From Anthoceros angustus (taxonomy: Eukaryota > Plantae > Anthocerotophyta): a stretch of DNA of 64,000 nt. The position numbers and the translations under genes are program-made. The stretch spans positions 62,001 to 126,000 of the forward strand of contig VJWM01000068.1 of NCBI GenBank assembly GCA_010909165.1. Reading direction: 5' to 3'. The notes below the pieces were generated by a model that saw nothing but the letters and a program-made list of their open reading frames with translations, made no database searches and was not told the origin of the DNA. Positions 46,896 to 58,195 of this stretch are shown in pieces; position 1 is the first letter of the stretch; every line of letters begins with the position of its first letter.

Positions 46896-47708
46896 CTATG
46901 ATGACCCTCCAACTGCACCCTGTTGTTGCTCCTGTGGCTGAGGTGCCTGGGCCTCTGGTACGTCAGAAGTAATCCGCAAAGATTGCATGGCTCGGGCATT
47001 CTCTTCAAGGGCAGCAGAGATGGGGTCATCGGCAGTAGAGGCAGCAGCAGATCGGCTATCATTGCGGCCAGGCAGCAGTCCATGCCTGCCGAAGAAGGGC
47101 GGGGGTCCTGGGAGCCACATTCCATTGTTCCGGAAGAGACGGCCAGAAGGGATCCAAATGCGGTGAGGCCGATGCGGGGGTCTTCCACTGCCATGGCCTT
47201 GGCCTTGGCCCTGGCCCAGGATGCGGGGATCAGGAGGGCATGACCTACAACGCCTATGATGATGGCTCCTGTGAAGGTGAACATGTTTGCCAAGATTATG
47301 ATGCCCGTGCCTCCTGCACACACGGAGCGCAGCATCTCTAGAATCCCCAGACGCGTCATGCCAAGGGCACTCTCTGCGTCGGGAACCTTCCTGCGGCACC
47401 CGGGGCTCGTTAGGTATGAACCAGACAACAGAGGGGCGGGCAGGGGCAGGAGCTTGCGGCTGCCCATGGTCAGTCGAGGCTTCAGTGTTCACAGCACTTC
47501 CCTCTAAGGAAAACACGAAGCCCTCGTGGTTGTGAAGGACCCTGCGACTGCGGGGCCTTTCCAGAGAGCTAACAAACGCCACGACGTCCCTGTCCTCCAC
47601 AGTCGGAACACTGCTCCTAGGGTGAGGGGAGTGAACTGGCGGTGCCTCCACGAGAGGCCCGTCAGAGAGCATGTCCATAGGGGTATCAGAATCTGCAGCG
47701 GCTTCCAT
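46896..47708 (-). CDS. Uncharacterised His/Arg-rich protein (270 aa exon; 5' leader exon and intron at ~47740-48060)
   Basis: Open frame from ATG 47708 after a CTGCAG acceptor; HGHHNLGKHVHLHRSHHHRR tract; no family recognised. Confidence 0.45.
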   Translation of the reverse strand: MEAAADSDTPMDMLSDGPLVEAPPVHSPHPRSSVPTVEDRDVVAFVSSLERPRSRRVLHNHEGFVFSLEGSAVNTEASTDHGQPQAPAPARPSVVWFIPNEPRVPQEGSRRRECPWHDASGDSRDAALRVCRRHGHHNLGKHVHLHRSHHHRRCRSCPPDPRILGQGQGQGHGSGRPPHRPHRIWIPSGRLFRNNGMWLPGPPPFFGRHGLLPGRNDSRSAAASTADDPISAALEENARAMQSLRITSDVPEAQAPQPQEQQQGAVGGSS

Positions 47709-48417
47709 GGCGGAGGAAGCTTGATCTGGCAATCTGGCTCTGCAGCAGGATTACAAGGGGGCCACGGTGTTAGGAACGGCTGCAAACTTACATATCTTGT
47801 GTGAGGGAAAGCTCTCACATCCGGTGCATGCGACACAGTTGAGCAGGCCTCTCTGCTATCGCACAAATGATAAGCTTCAGGAAGACTGATGCTCAGTCCC
47901 CCGCTCCTTTCTCTCAAATACCTTGCTGCAGGGCAAAGAGAAGCACGCCTCTTCAGCTCAAATCCTGGAAAACCCTGCTGAACTGCCTCACCCGCCGCCG
48001 CACCACCGGATACGCCACCGCGCACAAAATTTGTACTCACGTCGCCAACCACGGGAGGCTCTCGTGTCTCACTGCCTAGCTAGGGTGACCGAATAAGCCT
48101 TCGTCATGCATAAGGAAATGGCTGGACATGCCGAACACGGTGCCTACCTACGTACAGAAATCGAAGGAAATGTTGCCTCTCGAAACTCCACAGCATGGTA
48201 ATAGAAAGGGTTTTGGACTAGGTTTGATAGCGTTCCTTTTCAGAAGTCCTCTATCGGGGAGCCCCTACGAGCCTTACCAAGAGCATTGCCTTACCGAGAT
48301 CATATATGAGGCAGCCTCAAGGGTTTTTTGAGTTTATTATAGGCACAACTCTTTTTGGGGTGCCACAGCAAGCTTTGACGGACCTTAGAGCAGCAACCTT
48401 TGTGCAGCAGGCTAACA

Positions 48418-49100
48418 AGAAGAAGAAGAAGAAGGAAGAAGAATTTTATTTAAGTCCACTAAGGACGGATTTCCGTCATGGGACTTGGTACTTAACAACT
48501 TGTACCATGGTGTGCCTAAGCTACTTGCACCAAGGGCATCCACACCTTCAGGCATCCCATCTAAGTACCGATCTTCATCTATTTGACACATATGATTCAT
48601 GTTGATGTAAAAACCATACTTATGAAAATAGTATTCTAGCCAAGATCTTTCTGATTCTGTGAGCGTATTCTTATGTTTGCATGTCGATCGAGTTCTCATC
48701 TCGTGTAACATCTGCGATCGAGTTCTCATCTCGTGTAACATCTGCGCGTAGCAAGCTAGAAACATGATTGAGGTTTTGTCGAAGATCTTGTCACATGTCT
48801 CATAGAGTTATTGTAAGGCTCAAGGTGCAAATCCTGCTTCAAATTTACCCTCTTTTGAAATTGCTTGTGTCCCACTCTATTGGCTTGATGGTCACGCAAT
48901 TGAGCCCACGCTCTAGGCCTACTTTCTACTTTACCACAAACAAAATTTTGTGTTTCATTGTCTAACTGGCAATCTCTCTCAGCTTCCTCCCTTTCCCTAG
49001 CAACCTCATGATAAGCCTCCATGGTTGTTTCATTGTCTAGCTGACGATCTCTCAGCTTCCTCCCTTTCCCTAGCAGCCCTCACGATGAGCCTCCAAGACC
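48418..49100 (-). mobile_element. Non-LTR-like element (SINE-like or truncated LINE) with TCCTTAGTGGACTTAAATAAAATT(CTT)n 3' end
   Basis: Terminal ~31 nt match the LINE tail at 5501-5531 and the last ~130 nt are homologous to the elements at 57348 and 61653. Contains a 30-bp tandem duplication at ~48686-48745. The 5' boundary is uncertain. Confidence 0.6.
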
Positions 49101-49299
49101 GCGTGTGAATATTTCCTAGCTAGTGCTTGGGAGAAATCCAGTTGGTAACTAGCAATCATCGCTCAATTAATATAAATATTTATTAAAATTATTATAAATT
49201 ACTTTATTTGATGAAGAGTAACTAGGTTAATTAAAATGAATTAATCAACTAGATGACCCAAGCGCTTATGTTACTGTCACACGACATGACATTCTATAT

Positions 49300-50112
49300 T
49301 TGCGTGCATTAAGCACCCTTTAATTTCTCTACCTATTTTCGTTGAGACAAGAAAGAGGCAATATGCATAAGGCAAAAAAAGGCAAGAAGTAAGAGAAACG
49401 AATAAGAAATAAGAGATAGACAAAAAAAGCCTCTATCTTATGGCATACGGGTGAACCCATATGCCATAAGATAGTTCCTGGAAATCGTTAGTCATGGTAA
49501 GAAGGGGAGTTGAGCTCTATACTTAAAGCCACCTAATACTTATGATATCATGGCCAGGGAGGTGGGAGGAGTGACATGTTATTGAGGATGCATTTCCTAT
49601 TGTTATCCTTGTCCGAGATCTCTTGTTCCAACTAGCAATGGAGGGCATTCGACACTTCTCTTGTTCCAACTAGCAATGGAGGGCATTCGACACTTCTCTT
49701 GTTCCAACTAGCAATGGAGGGCATTCGACACTTCTCTTGTTCCAACTAGCAATGGAGGGCATTCGACACTTCACTATAGAAATAATTCTGCATGAAAGAA
49801 AGATAAGATAGTTCGAACTTAATAAATTTCTTGAAGTCTTTTGCCAAAGCCTCACGGACGGGCATGTATACATAACATAATTCAGTATGTCTCTGGGTGC
49901 TCTATTTTTTAATCATATTTTTTAGAATTATTTTTTCCATCTCCGACTCAAATATATTTGATAATGATCAATTTACTTTATTTTAATAAATATCTATATA
50001 TCACTAAAATATGTGTAGGGAATATATGTACATATGTACTTCTGCCGTATTGAATGAAGCGTAAGCCGAACGTGAATGTAGGAGGTGATCGCGGTCATTG
50101 TGGAAGGGAAGA
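49300..50112. repeat. Repeat unit (copy A) with a 42-bp palindrome (49433-49474) and a 38-bp minisatellite x4 (49619-49770)
   Basis: Unit TCTCTTGTTCCAACTAGCAATGGAGGGCATTCGACACT; 152 bp = 4 x 38. Confidence 0.85.
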
Positions 50113-50720
50113 GCGGCTGCCCATGGTCAGTCGAGGCTTCAGTGTTCACAGCACTTCCTCTAAGGAAAACACGAAGCCCTCGTGGTTGTGAAGGACCCCT
50201 GCGGGCCTTTCCAGAGAGCTAACAAACGCCACGACGTCCCTGTCCTCCACAGTCGGAACACTGCTCCTAGGTGAGGGGAGTGAACTGGCGGCCTCCACGA
50301 GAGGCCCGTCAGAGAGCATGTCCATAGGGGTATCAGAATCTGCAGCTTCCATGGCGGAGGAAGCTTGATCTGGCAATCTGGCCTGCAGCAGGATTACAAG
50401 GGGCCACGGTGTTAGAACGGCTGCAAACTTACATATCTTGTGTGAGGGAAAGCTCTCACATCCGGTGCATGCGACACAGTTGAGCAGGCCTCTGCTATCG
50501 CACAAATGATAAGCTTCAGGAAGACTGATATGTCCCCCCGCTCCTTTCTCTCAAATACCTTGCTGCAGGGCAAAGAGAAGCACGCCCTCTTCAGCTCAAA
50601 TCCTGGAAAACCCTGCTGAACTGCCTCACCCGCCGCCCGCACCACCGGATACGCCACCGCGCACAAAATTTGTACTCACGTCGCCAACCACGGGAGGCTC
50701 TCGTGTCCCTGCCTCACTGC
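50113..50720 (-). pseudogene. Partial, indel-rich copy of 47456-48078 (5' part of the His/Arg-rich gene)
   Basis: Direct sequence match. Confidence 0.8.
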
Positions 50721-51003
50721 CTCTTCATAGCAATCTGAAAGCCTCAGCATGGTAATAGAAAGGGTTTCATGCATGGCGGCGAACTCTCGGTGCCTCCTAC
50801 GTAGAATCGAAGTGAGCCTCAAGCCCGGCAGATGTTTAAATAGGTTTTGGGAAATCGATTGGTCCTTCGCAATCATCGGCTCAATTAAGAAGAAGAAGAA
50901 GATATTTCAAATCTTGAGGAGCTAACTAGGTTTAAGTTAAAAGCTTTCTTCAGTTATTAGGCAATTTCATCCACACTTGCAGAGGCATCTAAGCCAGTTG
51001 CAC

Positions 51004-52560
51004 CTATTTTGAGACAAGAAAGAGGCAATATGCATAAGGCAAAAAAGGCAAGAAGTAAGAGAAACGAATAAGAAATAAGAGATAGACAAAAAGCCTCTAT
51101 CTTATGGCATACGGGTGAACCCATATGCCATAAGATAGTTCTGAAATCGTTAGTCATGGTAAGAAGGGGAGTTGAGCTCTATACTTAAAGCCACCTAATA
51201 CTTATGATATCATGGCCAGGAGGTGGGAGGAGTGACATGTTATTGAGGATGCATTTCCTATTGTTATCCTTGTCCGAGATCTCTTGTTCCAACTAGCAAT
51301 GGAGGCATTCGACACTTCTCTTGTTCCAACTAGCAATGGAGGCATTCGACACTTCTCTTGTTCCAACTAGCAATGGAGGCATTCGACACTTCTCTTGTTC
51401 CAACTAGCAATGGAGGCATTCGACACTTCTCTTGTTCCAACTAGCAATGGAGGCATTCGACACTTCTCTTGTTCCAACTAGCAATGGAGGCATTCGACAC
51501 TTCTCTTGTTCCAACTAGCAATGGAGGCATTCGACACTTCTCTTGTTCCAACTAGCAATGGAGGCATTCGACACTTCACTATAGAAATAATTCTGCATGA
51601 AAGAAAGATAAGATAGTTCGAACTTAATAAATTTCTTGAAGTCTTTTGCCAAAGCCTCACGGACGGGCATGTATACATAACATAATTCAGTATGTCTCTG
51701 GGTGCTCTATTTTTTAATCATATTTTTAGAATTATTTTTCCATCTCCGACTCAAATATTTATGCATTAAGCACCCTTTAATTTCTCTACCTATTTTCGTT
51801 GAGACAAGAAAGAGGCAATATGCATAAGGCAAAAAAGGCAAGAAGTAAGAGAAACGAATAAGAAATAAGAGATAGAAAAGCCTCTATCTTATGGCATACG
51901 GGTGAACCCATATGCCATAAGATAGTTCCTGGAAATCGTTAGTCATGGTAAGAAGGGGAGTTGAGCTCTATACTTAAAGCCACCTAATACTTATGATATC
52001 ATGGCCAGGAGGTGGGAGGAGTGACATGTTATTGAGGATGCATTTCCTATTGTTATCCTTGTCCGAGATCTCTTGTTCCAACTAGCAATGGAGGGCATTC
52101 GACACTTCTCTTGTTCCAACTAGCAATGGAGGGCATTGACACTTCTCTTGTTCCAACTAGCAATGGAGGCATTCGACACTTCTCTTGTTCCAACTAGCAA
52201 TGGAGGGCATTCGACACTTCACTATAGAAATAATTCTGCATGAAAGAAAGATAAGATAGTTCGAACTTAATAAATTTCTTGAAGTCTTTTGCCAAAGCCT
52301 CACGGACGGGCATGTATACATAACATAATTCAGTATGTCTCTGGGTGCTCTATTTTTTAATCATATTTTTTAGAATTATTTTTTCCATCTCCGACTCAAA
52401 TATATTTGATAATGATCAATTTACTTTATTTTAATAAATATCTATATATCACTAAAATATGTGTAGGGAATATATGTACATATGTACTTCTGCCGTATTG
52501 AATGAAGCGTAAGCCGAACGTGAATGTAGGAGGTGATCGCGGTCATTGTGGAAGGGAAGG
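51004..52560. repeat. Copies B and C of the 49300-50112 unit; minisatellite 8 x 37 bp (51280-51575) and 4 copies (52069-52218)
   Basis: Direct match; palindrome again at 51097-51138 and 51884-51925. Confidence 0.85.
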
Positions 52561-53710
52561 CGGAGGGATCGACGGCGGTTCGTTCCGGTTCCCCGTCAAG
52601 TCCGTTGGCGCTTGCCGGGCACCACACGCTCCGATCATGCGAGGGGCAGTACCTACCATACGAAGTGGGCAGTGGTCACTGCAGTGACGTTCCCGCCTCC
52701 CGCCCGGGGGCCCAGGGACCCAGGGTCCAGCCAGCGGCGCCCCGTTCCAAGGCGGACTCTGACCGCCTTGCCTTCTTTACTCTTGTGTTTTAAATTTTTA
52801 CTTTTGCTTGGCTTGGGGCCTGGGCTGCAAAATCAGCGCTGCGGTGATCTTTTTGGCATCGGGCGAGGCCATGGCGCACTGCGGACAAGCAGTATCGAGC
52901 AGCGCGCACATGCCTTTCTGCGGGATCCAGGCCGTCTTGGCCTCTTTCTACTGGCGCGGAGGGAGCGCAGTTCCAAAAGTCGGTACGGTTCAAGCTTGTG
53001 TATCATTGTGCCGCAGGCTGCACCTATTGATCACGTGGAGGAGGCTGGCCCCGTCGCAGTGCTGCACGGCCCGTTTGTGGCCCTTGCTTTGGCAGCCCGC
53101 ACCAGGCTTGCTTCAACTTCCTTGCTTTGCTGCTGTCTCCAGGACGCTCCGGTGCTCTCCCATCTTGTTCCTGTAAGCTGTGAGCTCTCGCCCGCCTGCT
53201 CCAATTGAGGCTTTGTGTCACCTGTTGCGGACGACCTGCGGCTTTATTGCGCTCTTACCACCAGATTTTGAGCGCGTAATGCAGCTCGTACAGTCTGTTT
53301 CGCGATCCGTTGCTCGTGCCTGCGGTCGCCGTTCACGCCTCTGACTTGCGCTGAGTTTGTTTGATGTTGTCCTGACTCCTCCGACTCCGACCGAGACTCC
53401 TCCTGTGCTTGAGTCGATTGCGCGCGCTTTTCACGTTGCAATCCTGTCGTTGCTGCTTAGCGCTTCCGCTGCAAGAGCTGTGGACTATCGTTTCCCCGTT
53501 TTGGCGGTTTTATTCCCGGTGGCAATCGCATTTGCAAGCGTCTGATGTTGCAAAAGAGCCGGCGCAGAAGCAGATGGTGAAGAGGAGCCTCAGCTTGCGA
53601 TTTCCGGTTCCTGCTCCTTGTGATGCTTCGAGAGCCTTGCGGGATTGAAGCCTGAAGGTTAGAGTGGCAAGGCAAGTGGAGCGGGAGTGCTCTCAAAGTT
53701 TGTCCCCGAC

Positions 53711-54364
53711 ATGATGAGTTCCAAGACGCTCGACCCGATCAAGGAGTACCGCAGCAAGCAGTTCCGGAGCCTGCCTATAGTGGATTTGGCGGCCAGCTGC
53801 TGCCCGGCTTTGGACAACCTGTCCTGCATGGCCGCAACTCCGACCTATCAGAGGATGGATGATCCTAGCTGCGCAGCTGACAATGAGAAGGCCTCGGCCG
53901 TGACGCGTCTGCACAAGGTGAACGGAGCCAAATCGGTGATGAAGTGCGTGCTTCGGACGCTTTCACCTGTGAGCATCTGTGGCAGAATGGGACGAGCATG
54001 CCGTGTGGATGATCTGGTGGCTGGTGACTCTTTTTACGAGATGGTGCTGGGACCGGAGGACCAGCCGAGGGAAGTGTGCCGGCTGGCCAATGCCAGATAT
54101 CTTCAGCATTTTGATGACAAGCATGAAAACTCTGATGCTTCTCCCAGATCGGATGAGTCAGGGGACTCCTCTTTCAGCAAACATGCTTCTGAGCTCTTCA
54201 ATAGCTCCCCCGAAAGGCAATCCTCGCCGGCTAGCCCAAGGGTCTCAGCAGTTAGCCCTGCAAGGGTCTCAGCAGTTAGCCCTGCAAGGGTCTCAGCAGT
54301 TAGCCCTGCAAGGGCCTCAGCAGTCAGGAGTGTGATGGTCCTCGAACACGAAACGATGAAGTGA
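53711..54364 (+). CDS. Uncharacterised single-exon ORF with a C-terminal 24-bp (SPARVSAV) repeat
   Basis: 217-codon ATG-initiated ORF; repeat at ~54233-54325; no family recognised. Confidence 0.45.
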   Translation: MMSSKTLDPIKEYRSKQFRSLPIVDLAASCCPALDNLSCMAATPTYQRMDDPSCAADNEKASAVTRLHKVNGAKSVMKCVLRTLSPVSICGRMGRACRVDDLVAGDSFYEMVLGPEDQPREVCRLANARYLQHFDDKHENSDASPRSDESGDSSFSKHASELFNSSPERQSSPASPRVSAVSPARVSAVSPARVSAVSPARASAVRSVMVLEHETMK

Positions 54365-55527
54365 GCTTCTAAGCTTCTGCTGCATATTGCAGATGGAGTT
54401 AAGCGTGATGTTCCTTCCAATAAATGTGCGGCCGAGGACTGAAATGCTGCGCGCGTTTGTGCCTGTGGACTGCAACTCCTTGCACACTCCATATCTTACT
54501 ACTCATATGCCAACTTTGAAAAGAGCTTTGGATCTCACTGCCCTTTTTAGTTCAGCTAAAGGGATCAAGCTATGTATGTATGTAGGCTATCACTTTTGTA
54601 CAGATGTATTCGCAGTTGATGTCAAGTTGTGCACGCAGTGTAGCCATGTCTTTTTATATTGAGATATACTAAGGGCTATCGTTTTCCATTTGGTTCAACG
54701 ACCTGCAGTGAATGACCGTGGTCTAGCCAACTCCAGTCTCGGTCACGACCTGTAGTGAAAGACCATGGTCTTGCCGAGTCCAATAAACTCGGTCTTCCAG
54801 ACTAGGTGTTCCAAGAACGAGAAGATCTGTCGGACGACATTCCCGTAAAGTTCGCACGTCATCCTCTTGCGTTATCTCCAACTTGGACTGCATGGAAAAG
54901 ATCTTACCTTATCCTAACAGCATAACAAATGCACTTATGTCGGTAGCTTTCCAAGTGCGGGTCCTTTTGTTTGATTGAGATGCCTGTTCAGGACTCCCGT
55001 CCACATACCCTTAGCTGGGACGATGTGGATTTGCGGGCCAAGACTTCAGGGGCTCCCAAGAAGGTGATCCGTAGCTATCTCAGTTCCGGGCTTCACAAGT
55101 TCAGAGCCAAGTAGGTGGGTAGGTAACGACTCCCTGTGTGACTTGCAAATTCCGTGGTAGATGGAATGGCACCTCATCGTCACATGGGTGACTTCTATTG
55201 TGGAGGACAGCTCAGAGCATTGCCATATGACGCCAAACATTCGGTAATTGACGTCTATTATTGAAGAAAAGATGAATGGAAGAAAAAATGAATGGAATAC
55301 AAACGTTGTAGAGCTCAACGCAATGAGCCTCATCAGATATCGATGCACCAACGAAATGCTGTGGGGATCTTCGTAAGCAGCTTGTCTTACGATTGTTTTT
55401 GGACTGGGCCATAATTACAAAATATTACACATTGTTTATGAAATCCATTCACGACCTGCACCTGCATGTTGAGATAAGCACGAAGCACACCAGGCAGGAA
55501 GATGAGCATGAGAAATGGACAAAACAC

Positions 55528-56355
55528 TCAGCTCACTGAGTTGCGAGCCAGAGTTTCGGGAAGGCTCTGCAGCCCGTCGGAATTTATATTCCTGCTGAAG
55601 CTGTGCCTCTCGGGAGTCCTCGATAACACATCTGGAGTCCTTGGAAATCTCTCAGGAGTCATCGGAAATCTCTCAGGAGTCCTCGGAAATCTTTCAGGAG
55701 TCCTCGGAAATTTCTCAGGAGTCCTCGGAAATCTCTCAGGAGTCCTCGGAAATCTCTCAGGAGTCCTCGGAAATCTCTCTGGTGTTCTCGGAAATCTCTC
55801 AGGAGTCCTCGGAAATCTCTCTGGTGTTCTCGGAAACCTCGAGTCTACCGATGGCCGAGCACTCACGGATGTCCTTGCACTGGCGCTGAGGAAATCGCGA
55901 CGCCACTCCGTGGAAATCCGAGCAGGATCATCGTCGGCTTCCCTGTGATCGACAGAGCATCTGCTGATCACGTTCGGCTGAGCGTATACTCCGGTTCCAT
56001 AAGCCAAATGGCCTAAGTCCCGAGTCTGGGAGGCCGCGACGCAGCAATTGACGTAATTGTCCCTCAATCGTCGAAGAACCTTGCAAGCGGAACACGCCGG
56101 GTTCCATCTCCTCAGCGCTCTCAGCAGGGACAGACTGAGGCTGACGGAAGCGCAAGGATCCACCTCCGCTGCCTTCTTCGATCCCGCCAGAGAATTGGAT
56201 CCTGGCGCCTTGGGAGCCTTCACCGTGGCTGCCATCCTAAAGCCTCTACCTGCGCATCTCCAGGCTGCAAAACAATACGGGAGCGTCATCAAATGCTTCA
56301 CAGAAATTTCAATGAGCACATCCAGATCTGTTCTGTGCAAATCCGTTTTTTGCAC
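55528..56355 (-). CDS. Uncharacterised ORF with a 21-bp (FPRTPER) tandem repeat, probably one exon of a larger spliced gene (~54700-56865)
   Basis: 275-aa open frame with the repeat array at ~55612-55840. The strand is ambiguous because the repeat is also open on the + strand. Confidence 0.35.
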   Translation of the reverse strand: MQKTDLHRTDLDVLIEISVKHLMTLPYCFAAWRCAGRGFRMAATVKAPKAPGSNSLAGSKKAAEVDPCASVSLSLSLLRALRRWNPACSACKVLRRLRDNYVNCCVAASQTRDLGHLAYGTGVYAQPNVISRCSVDHREADDDPARISTEWRRDFLSASARTSVSARPSVDSRFPRTPERFPRTPERFPRTPERFPRTPERFPRTPERFPRTPEKFPRTPERFPRTPERFPMTPERFPRTPDVLSRTPERHSFSRNINSDGLQSLPETLARNSVS

Positions 56356-57347
56356 ACAAAATGATATCCTCCTGAGCTCTGCAACAACCTTTCAAGACCT
56401 TGCAACAAAATTTGAAGACCTTGCAACACAATTACGAGATCTTGCAAAAGTCTCGCAGCAGATCATCCACTAAGCCTGCGCTTTCATTCTCAAACATCAC
56501 CCCGTGCCCGCCATCACCGCAACAGCAGACAGGACAGGGAAGTTTAGGTCCTGTCACCTGTCAGGAGCTCCAATTGCTCCGAGCTTGTGTTTGGAAAACC
56601 TGAAGCGCCGGCCTCCACCGAAGGCGGAGCCGATCCTGGAGTCCGGGACGACAGTATCCTCAATATGTATCTCACTCCGCGAGGAGACGACAGAACCGAG
56701 CGTAGCGATGCGGAGCCGGGGTGTGGACAAGATGCCGTGCCAACAGCAAGAGTCACCACTGCTCAATGAACCTGAAGCCCCGGGGAATCTCCTACCAACG
56801 CATCTTCTAAGGCTACTGTGGTGAAAATCATCCCTCCCATTTTCCCGCAATGGAGGGGGCATCATCTATTCCTCTCGCGTAAGTAATGGCACGCACTTAC
56901 CACGCGTGGGTCCCAAGGCATCCTCAATTCATTCTTCCATCCTCGCGCACTCCGTCGGCCACACCGTGTGCAAGACCATCGCAATTGTCGGTTATTTAGA
57001 GTTTACCGGCCCACCTCGCCGCAGAGAATAAAACTGGCTCGGAGAGACCTCTTGGCGCAGCAAACATGTATGCATCAGGCCTGGCGTCCTCGCACGGGAC
57101 AAAAAACAACGATCACGACGAAACAATTTCAAACTAGACACTTGACAAATACACCACCACCACGATCCAACCCATGCTGATGGAGCTGAAATATCATAAA
57201 TTAAAAATTTATTACGATTATATCCTCACGAAGGATAGATTCGGCAGTGGGCTCCCGGTAAATCCAAGACCGGCCGGGGCACCGGCTTGGGCGAACGGTG
57301 AAGCACACGGAACACGCCCACACATGGAGATGGAGCTGGGTTAGTGT

Positions 57348-57720
57348 AGAAGAAGAAGAAGAATTTTATTTAAGTCAATAAGGATGGACTTTCATTATGG
57401 GACTTTGGTACTTAACAAGGGCATCCACTCCTCTTGCACAAAGGGCATCCACTCCCTCTAGGCCACCCATATAAGTACCGATCTAAGCTCAGGATGCTTA
57501 ATCACGAGTTCTTCTAAATGTGTGTCCATTTGGCCAAAGCCATTTGGACACATTATGTGGTTGGAAGCACACCAAACACATTAGAACAACAGACCAAAGT
57601 AACATGGAGGATGAAGATTGTTAGTGTAGGGTGCACAACACACCACAGTGGCATCCATACATGAGTTCATTGGAACTCCACAATTAAGCATGCTCCATAC
57701 AGATCAGTACTAGGATGAGG
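57348..57720 (-). mobile_element. Non-LTR-like element with CTTATTGACTTAAATAAAATT(CTT)n 3' end (duplicate at 61653-62040)
   Basis: Shares its tail with the LINE at 5538 and ~130 nt of 3' sequence with the 48418 element. Confidence 0.6.
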
Positions 57721-57743
57721 TGTTATCTATTCGAGCGGATGAG

Positions 57744-58195
57744 TACTAAGATGGGTGTCATCTATCCTCTTGAACAACAACTAAGACAATACTAAGATGG
57801 GTGCCATCTATCCTCTTGAACAACAACTAAGACAATACTGTAGCGGGTGAGTACTAAGATGGGTTGTCATCTACCCTCTTGAACAACAACTAAGATGGGT
57901 TGTCATCTATCCTCTTGAACAACAACTAAGACAATACTGTAGAGTAAGATGGGTTGTCATTTATCCTCTTGAACAACAACTAAGACAATACTGTAGAGGT
58001 CTTCGGAACTTCGTTTGATTAGATACATAGTATATAGTTTTTCCTCTTGAACAACAACTAAGACAATACTGTAGCCGCTGAGTACTAAGATGGGTTGTCA
58101 TCTATCCTCTTGAACAACAACCAAGACAATCAGAAAGTAAGATGGGTTGTCATCTATCCTCTTGAACAACAACTAAGACAATCAGAGTTCTTGAA
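57744..58195. repeat. Modular ~50-bp minisatellite (TAAGATGGGTTGTCATCTATCCTCTTGAACAACAACTAAGACAATACTGTAG), ~8 units; second copy 62054-62520
   Basis: Direct inspection; the variable linkers are themselves repeated. Confidence 0.85.

Noticed and set aside
49433-49481. Hairpin as a Helitron 3' end or a rho-independent terminator
   Set aside because: The stem is long and AT-rich, the CTGG is only 3 nt downstream, and bacterial terminators do not apply to a plant nuclear locus.
49619-52218. 37-38 bp direct repeats resembling CRISPR repeats
   Set aside because: Units are head-to-tail with no spacers, there are no cas genes, and the context is eukaryotic; this is a minisatellite.
57744-58195. Repeat-plus-linker array resembling CRISPR
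   Set aside because: Linkers are short, variable in length and reused rather than unique spacers.
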